Source: a virus (lineage: Duplodnaviria; Heunggongvirae; Uroviricota; Caudoviricetes). Taken from it: a stretch of DNA of 3,411 nt. Below the pieces are notes generated by a model. The model worked only from the letters and a program-made list of their open reading frames with translations. It had not been told where the DNA came from and ran no database searches. Position 1 is the stretch's first letter, and each line of letters opens with the position of its first letter. The DNA lies in IMG/VR virus record IMGVR_UViG_2877953467_000001. One strand, 5' to 3'. The translations under genes and the position numbers were made by a program. Positions 1-3,411 of the stretch are shown piece after piece.

Positions 1-996
1 TTATGGACGCATTATGGACATTTCTGACACCGGGTTAAGAGTCACAGCATCTTGTAAGAAATCCGGTGCAAAGTGTGCGTAGGTCATAGTTTGCTGAATG
101 TTAGAATGACCCAGGATGCGCTGCAATGTGATTATGTTACCTCCATTCATTATAAAATGTGTGGCAAATGTATGCCTCAAAACATGCACTGCCTGTCCGT
201 CAGGTAAATCGGGTTTTACTTCCCTGAGAGCGTTGCGCACTTTGTAGTAACTGGCATTAAAAAGCCTGCCTGAGTTTTTGGTCTTGATCCGTTTAATCAG
301 GTCCTGCGAAACGGGAATTGTCCTGCGCTTTCCGTTTTTAGTTTTCATAAACGTAACCATCTGGTTAATGATGTGTTCAGCTTTTAAATTAGACACTTCA
401 CTCCAGCGTCCACCAGTAGAAAGGCAGACCAGAGTCGCATTTAATTCATCACCATCGAGCATGGATAACAGCCGTGTAATCTCTTCACTGGACAAAAAAG
501 CCATTTCTGTAACAGCTTCACGTAATCGCTTAACCTCACGGAACGGGTTGTGAGAATGGTATTCACCGGCGTCAATTAACTTGGTGAACATCCCGCTCAT
601 TATTGCCAGATGCCGATTTACGCTGGCTGGTTTTAGACCATCGTTCATCATTACAACGCGATAATCAGTTATCGTTTTCTTTGTTAGCTGGTCAGCTCTG
701 GACACTCCCATTTCTGCAAATTTGGCGATTATTGTCGTCAAACGCCCCCGTTCAATATCTCCACGCTCATGTGATTTTCCGTGATATATCCACCATCTGC
801 CTAACAACTCTGTAAGAGTTCGGCGGTCGGCTGGCTTCTCCAGCCACTCTTTGTTGTGGTAGTTAACCAGTACATGACGTTCGAATGCTTGAGCTTCACC
901 TTTAGTTTTAAATTTCCGCCTGATACGTTTTCCATCTGCACCCTGCGGTCTGACGTCCACTTCATAACGACCATCATCGAGCTTTTTAATAGACAT
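1..996 (-). CDS. int: Phage integrase, tyrosine recombinase (P2-family Int), complete 331 aa
   Basis: Full-length minus-strand ORF with ATG at 996-994 and TAA at 3-1. The N-terminus MSIKKLDDGRYEVDVRP...GKRIRRKF is the P2/186-type arm-binding start. The C-terminal catalytic region has LSTGGRWSEV (Arg), HVLRHTFATHF (His-x-x-Arg), GHSNIQQTMTYAHF (Tyr nucleophile). A GGAGGG Shine-Dalgarno (rc of 1001-1006) sits 4 nt upstream of the ATG. Family assignment is from motif recognition, not a search. Confidence 0.92.
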   Translation of the reverse strand: MSIKKLDDGRYEVDVRPQGADGKRIRRKFKTKGEAQAFERHVLVNYHNKEWLEKPADRRTLTELLGRWWIYHGKSHERGDIERGRLTTIIAKFAEMGVSRADQLTKKTITDYRVVMMNDGLKPASVNRHLAIMSGMFTKLIDAGEYHSHNPFREVKRLREAVTEMAFLSSEEITRLLSMLDGDELNATLVCLSTGGRWSEVSNLKAEHIINQMVTFMKTKNGKRRTIPVSQDLIKRIKTKNSGRLFNASYYKVRNALREVKPDLPDGQAVHVLRHTFATHFIMNGGNIITLQRILGHSNIQQTMTYAHFAPDFLQDAVTLNPVSEMSIMRP

Positions 997-1089
997 AAAG
1001 CCCTCCGATGACGCTGTTTACTTCTACTACTTGAAAATTAATGCAATTTTCTTTCGTACATTTACTGCACACATATGCTGAATAAATCG
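997..1089 (-). promoter_or_regulatory. AT-rich C-int intergenic spacer carrying the int ribosome-binding site; possible internal promoter or processing region
   Basis: 93 bp between the C stop (1090-1092) and the int start (996). Contains the int Shine-Dalgarno (GGAGGG, rc of 1001-1006) and short tandem TACTT/TACTAC repeats at 1018-1032. In P2 int is co-transcribed with C, so an independent promoter is not required. No convincing -35/-10 pair found by eye. Confidence 0.3.
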
Positions 1090-1401
1090 TCAGCCAGTCT
1101 TTTGGTCTGAGTGGTGCAAGGTTGTTGAGTCTTGCCCAATGTGCGCGAGCGCCGGGGCTATTTGTCCGCCAGCGGGATCAGTTTCATCAAACATGAACCA
1201 GTCACGGTACTTGCGAAATCTTTCTGGCTTGAAAAATTTCATGCCTGCGTCAAAAGACATCTTTACTTTTCCCTGCTCATATCCAGCATAGGTGTTGTAG
1301 TTAATTCCAGTTAATTCAGCAACTTGCTTCCTTGTCATTCTTTCTGACTCCCGAATAAGTGCGAGTTTCTCTGCTTGAGATGTGATTTGTGTATTTGACA
1401 T
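1090..1401 (-). CDS. C: Immunity repressor, P2 C-type (short HTH repressor), 103 aa
   Basis: First ATG of the minus-strand ORF is at 1401-1399, giving MSNTQITSQAEKLALIRESERMTRKQVAELTGINYNTYAGYEQG... ending ...GQIAPALAHIGQDSTTLHHSDQKTG. The N-terminal MSNT start, the HTH segment (RKQVAELTGINYNTYAGYE) and the C-terminal GQIAPALAH...QKTG tail match my recollection of P2 C. The 119-aa version in the ORF track needs a TTG start and is not favoured. It sits directly upstream of int on the same strand, as in P2. Confidence 0.85.
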   Translation of the reverse strand: MSNTQITSQAEKLALIRESERMTRKQVAELTGINYNTYAGYEQGKVKMSFDAGMKFFKPERFRKYRDWFMFDETDPAGGQIAPALAHIGQDSTTLHHSDQKTG

Positions 1402-1505
1402 GAATTGTCGTATCTCGTAATTTATGTTGCATGCGACACGCCAGAACAACGCAGAGCGGCTTCAAATAGCTCTGGTTGAATGGCACCAAAGTTGAGGATA
1501 TCAAA
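1402..1505. promoter_or_regulatory. Lysis/lysogeny switch region between divergent C and cox (expected face-to-face Pc/Pe promoters and repressor operators)
   Basis: 104-bp gap between divergently oriented C (minus) and cox (plus). A perfect TTGACA lies at 1395-1400 on the plus strand, overlapping the C start codon, with a weak -10 candidate TAATTT at 1418-1423 (17-bp spacer). Direct repeat TCGTA at 1408-1412 and 1415-1419. Imperfect 14-bp palindrome tgttgcatgcgaca at 1425-1438 (one mismatched pair). GAGGA Shine-Dalgarno for cox at 1493-1497. Promoter and operator assignments are tentative. Confidence 0.45.
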
Positions 1506-1862
1506 ATGAGTATTGGATCAGAAATGAATAACGATGTTGGAGAAAAAGTATCTGATCTCACAAAAAGTAAAAAATGTGACATCAAACTTGCAGCCGCACC
1601 GTCGGATTTGCTCTCGAAAGAGGGATTTGCTCTTTACATCGGTAAGACGCCTCGTGCTGTTGCTGAAATGGCGAAAGCAGGCAAGTTACCAGCCTTTTAT
1701 ATGACGGACCCATTAAAGCCGGGCGGTCATGCTGAGTTATGGATTAATCGCCGTGAGTGGGACAGGTACGCAGCCCAACTAGTTGATGAAGCTCCGACAG
1801 AATGGCATGACTGGAAAAATCGCATTAGTTACAGCAAATCAAGACATGGCCGTGCGGCTTAA
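1506..1862 (+). CDS. cox: Cox-like protein (excisionase / early-operon regulator of P2 family), 118 aa with extended N-terminus
   Basis: ATG at 1506 preceded by GAGGA (1493-1497); stop TAA at 1860-1862. The core FALYIGKTPRAVAEMAKAGKLPAFYMTDPLKPGGHAELWINRREW resembles the P2 Cox core as I recall it (...LIGKSTGAVRRMIDKGKLPVIDMTDP...). First gene transcribed away from C, as expected for cox/apl. Start could instead be ATG 1524. The TTG at 1476 used by the ORF track is unlikely. Confidence 0.75.
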   Translation: MSIGSEMNNDVGEKVSDLTKSKKCDIKLAAAPSDLLSKEGFALYIGKTPRAVAEMAKAGKLPAFYMTDPLKPGGHAELWINRREWDRYAAQLVDEAPTEWHDWKNRISYSKSRHGRAA

Positions 1863-1872
1863 GGTGGAAAGG

Positions 1873-2043
1873 ATGAACGAGCCTCGTTGTATTGCTCAGC
1901 TATTGCGTAATGAAAGCCCCAGGGCGATTGACTTCACCATCACCCACGGTAAGGGGCGTAAGGGAATCATTATCCGCACCAAAAAACAGAGTCCGTTAAA
2001 GAAGGCTCTGACCTTTCTGAAAAGCCGGAGGGTATGGAAATGA
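1873..2043 (+). CDS. Small basic hypothetical protein, 56 aa, in the position of P2 orf78
   Basis: ATG at 1873 follows an AAGGTGG/GGAAAGG Shine-Dalgarno (1861-1871) 10 nt after the cox stop. Product MNEPRCIAQLLRNESPRAIDFTITHGKGRKGIIIRTKKQSPLKKALTFLKSRRVWK is lysine/arginine-rich. Stop TGA 2041-2043 overlaps the next start (ATGA). The 86-aa extension in the ORF track overlaps cox and is not favoured. No function recognisable from sequence. Confidence 0.55.
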   Translation: MNEPRCIAQLLRNESPRAIDFTITHGKGRKGIIIRTKKQSPLKKALTFLKSRRVWK

Positions 2044-2540
2044 CAGTGATGACGCTCAATCTCGTTGAAAAACAGCCAGCAGCTATGCGCCGGATAATTG
2101 GTAAGCATCTTGCCGTTCCTCGCTGGCAGGATACATGTGATTATTATAATCAGATGATGGAGCGCGAACGGTTAACGGTTTGCTTCCATGCTCAGTTAAA
2201 ACAGCGTCACGCAACGATGCGTTTTGAAGAAATGAACGACGTCGAACGTGAACGACTGGTATGTGCAATTGATGAATTGCGTGGTGCATTCTCAAAACGC
2301 CGTCAGGTTGGCGCAAGTGAGTATGCATATATTAGTTTTTTAACAGTCAGTCAGCGTCGTACTTTATTTATGCATGCCGGATTGACTGAAAAAGAATTCA
2401 ACCAGCCATACTGGCGAATTAATGAAGAGTCATGTTACTGGCGTGATGCTTTATTCCGTGCATTACGTGAATTATTCAGTCTATTTGAGTATGCACCGAC
2501 AATTCTGACGTCGGTAAAACCAGAGCAATATCTGCATTAA
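2040..2540 (+). CDS. B: P2 gpB-like replication protein (lagging-strand synthesis / helicase-loading factor), 166 aa
   Basis: ATG at 2040 with GGAGG at 2027-2031 (8-nt spacer); stop TAA 2538-2540. Product MTVMTLNLVEKQPAAMRRIIGKHLAVPRWQDTCDYYNQMMERERL...EYAPTILTSVKPEQYLH has the length and sequence character of P2 gpB as I recall it, and the correct position after cox and the small ORF. ATG 2034 is in frame but too close to the Shine-Dalgarno. Confidence 0.8.
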   Translation: MTVMTLNLVEKQPAAMRRIIGKHLAVPRWQDTCDYYNQMMERERLTVCFHAQLKQRHATMRFEEMNDVERERLVCAIDELRGAFSKRRQVGASEYAYISFLTVSQRRTLFMHAGLTEKEFNQPYWRINEESCYWRDALFRALRELFSLFEYAPTILTSVKPEQYLH

Positions 2541-2561
2541 GTAATTAACCAGAGTTTTTAA

Positions 2562-2589
2562 CGCACTTAATTGTGCGGGGCTTCTTTTT
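2562..2589 (+). terminator. Weak stem-loop followed by a T-run in the B-orf80 intergenic gap (possible attenuator or partial terminator)
   Basis: cgcac (2562-2566) / gtgcg (2573-2577) form a 5-bp stem with a 6-nt loop, followed by gggcttcTTTTTg (T-run 2585-2589). Stem is short and the T-run is 7 nt away, so this is marginal. It is the only sizeable intergenic gap (63 bp) inside the early operon. Confidence 0.15.
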
Positions 2590-2603
2590 GCCTGGAGAAA
2601 GTC

Positions 2604-2828
2604 ATGCATACAGTTTCTGAAAATCAGTGCGGTAAATACGCATTACTGCTGCAACAGGCCAGAACCGAAGCACAGGCCGACGCAGCGACGCGCTTTTCTT
2701 CTCATCTTGACGCCATGATTCGCCACATCACAAAGGCGGAGTTATCCCGCGTGGAGATAGTCGAGCTGCTCAGTCAGGAGTCGGAAAAATTTCACAATAT
2801 CGGATTGTCTCGCGGGGAGGTGCTTTGA
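2604..2828 (+). CDS. Hypothetical early protein, 74 aa, in the position of P2 orf80
   Basis: ATG at 2604 preceded by GGAGA (2593-2597, 6-nt spacer); stop TGA 2826-2828 overlaps the next ATG (TGATG). Product [74 protein letters not shown]. No recognisable catalytic motif. The TTG-initiated extension from 2571 is not favoured. Confidence 0.6.
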   Translation: MHTVSENQCGKYALLLQQARTEAQADAATRFSSHLDAMIRHITKAELSRVEIVELLSQESEKFHNIGLSRGEVL

Positions 2829-3130
2829 TGTCCTGTTCTCGTTCAGTTGTATTACTGAATAACGCCTTAAAAATCGCCGTTATGAAAAATGGCGATTTAT
2901 CTCTTATTCAACTTGGTCTTGATAAAGAAAAACGCGAAATAACTGAGTCTGTTATCGCGATTTATCAGAACGAATTAAATCTCCTGTCTGATGTGGTCAA
3001 TTTACTTGTTAAACGCGCTGTATTTCACAAGCAAATCTCCTCCGTGGATGAACTGACGAAATTAACGACAGAAATCGCCAGCTATTGCGCTGATGAATTT
3101 AAAAAACTGAACGACAAAAGGAACTGGTAA
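2828..3130 (+). CDS. Hypothetical early protein, 100 aa, in the position of P2 orf81
   Basis: ATG at 2828 with GGAGG at 2816-2820 (7-nt spacer), overlapping the upstream stop. Stop TAA 3128-3130 overlaps the next ATG (TAATG). Product [100 protein letters not shown] looks helical and leucine-rich. No known motif recognised. Confidence 0.65.
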   Translation: MSCSRSVVLLNNALKIAVMKNGDLSLIQLGLDKEKREITESVIAIYQNELNLLSDVVNLLVKRAVFHKQISSVDELTKLTTEIASYCADEFKKLNDKRNW

Positions 3131-3342
3131 TGCCGGACAACATAGATTTTATTCAGGAACAACAGGCTGAATTACTGGAGCGCCAGATTAACGCGGCAAG
3201 GGTAAAACATTGCGGTGCTTCTGCGCTGGTTTGCGAAGAGTGTGACGCGCCAATACCTGCTGCCCGTCGTGCGGCTTATCCGTCAGCCACGCGTTGTGTT
3301 TCCTGTCAGGCAGTCTTTGAAGCAAAAAACANNNNNNNNNNN
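3130..3342 (+). CDS. TraR/DksA-family C4 zinc-finger protein (P2 orf82-like); 3' end falls in or just beyond the N-run
   Basis: ATG at 3130 with AAAGGAA at 3117-3123. The first 67 residues are MPDNIDFIQEQQAELLERQINAARVKHCGASALVCEECDAPIPAARRAAYPSATRCVSCQAVFEAKN. They contain CEEC, 17 residues, then CVSC, the CxxC-x17-CxxC pattern of DksA/TraR zinc fingers. The ORF runs into the N-run at 3332-3342, so the true stop and C-terminus cannot be read. The in-frame continuation to 3411 in the ORF track is not trustworthy. Confidence 0.7.
3332..3342. other. Run of 11 ambiguous bases (assembly gap or masked sequence)
   Basis: Literal n characters at 3332-3342. True length of the missing sequence is unknown, so reading frame across it is undefined. 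Confidence 0.95.
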
Positions 3343-3411
3343 ACAATTAGATATCAAAAAATGTCACCAATAACTGACATTGCGGTGTTTCTCCAGATGT
3401 GGCCCATCTGA

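Noticed and set aside
278-815. Plus-strand ORFs of 91 aa (278-553) and 70 aa (603-815) inside the integrase gene
   Set aside because: Both lie entirely antisense to the well-supported int CDS, have no ribosome-binding site or recognisable motifs, and have low-complexity composition typical of shadow ORFs.
1402-1449. Longer 119-aa version of the C repressor starting at 1449
   Set aside because: Requires a TTG initiator and adds a non-conserved MFWRVACNINYEIRQF leader. The first ATG (1401) gives the MSNT start typical of P2 C and leaves room for the switch promoters.
1132-1585. ORFs antisense to or overlapping C and the switch region (1132-1314 plus, 1316-1585 minus)
   Set aside because: They overlap the C repressor or span the C/cox promoter region in alternative frames; proteins are hydrophobic and low-complexity without motifs. 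Coding here is better explained by C and cox.
1090-1862. C/cox pair considered as a possible toxin-antitoxin or other two-gene defence module
   Set aside because: The genes are divergent rather than co-directional, both resemble DNA-binding regulators (C repressor, Cox), and their position next to int is the classic P2 immunity switch.
1476-2039. Extended upstream starts from the ORF track (TTG 1476 for cox, ATG 1783 for the small basic ORF, ATG 2034 for B, TTG 2571 and TTG 2825 for the next two ORFs)
   Set aside because: Each uses a non-ATG codon, overlaps the preceding gene extensively, or sits too close to the Shine-Dalgarno. Internal ATGs with properly spaced ribosome-binding sites give P2-like lengths and tidy stop/start overlaps.
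1896-2328. Minus-strand ORFs of 70 and 81 aa antisense to the small basic ORF and B
   Set aside because: Antisense to a well-supported gpB-like CDS in a unidirectional early operon; no start context; likely spurious.
3343-3411. Continuation of the TraR-like ORF to a TGA at 3409-3411 (93-aa product in the ORF track)
   Set aside because: Frame continuity across 11 ambiguous bases is meaningless and the real gap length is unknown. The post-gap peptide (TIRYQKMSPITDIAVFLQMWPI) has no relation to DksA/TraR C-termini.
1-3411. Search for CRISPR repeats, tRNA/ncRNA genes, IS elements or long tandem repeats
   Set aside because: No regularly spaced direct repeats, no tRNA-like cloverleaf candidates, no terminal inverted repeats or transposase-like ORFs were seen. 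Only short repeats and palindromes typical of regulatory DNA are present.

Overview
This window is the lysogeny/early-control region of a P2-family (Peduovirus-like) temperate prophage from an enterobacterial host, and I see no undescribed system in it. The layout is a leftward int and C-type immunity repressor facing a rightward, tightly packed early operon: cox-like, a small basic ORF, a gpB-like replication protein, two small unknown ORFs and a TraR/DksA-type zinc-finger ORF cut short by an 11-base N-run (3332-3342). All family assignments rest on my reading and recollection of P2 proteins, not on a database search. There are no large accessory ORFs, nucleases, ATPases, toxin-antitoxin-like pairs, CRISPR repeats or RNA genes. 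The least characterised parts are the small early ORFs, the C/cox switch region and the sequence around the gap.
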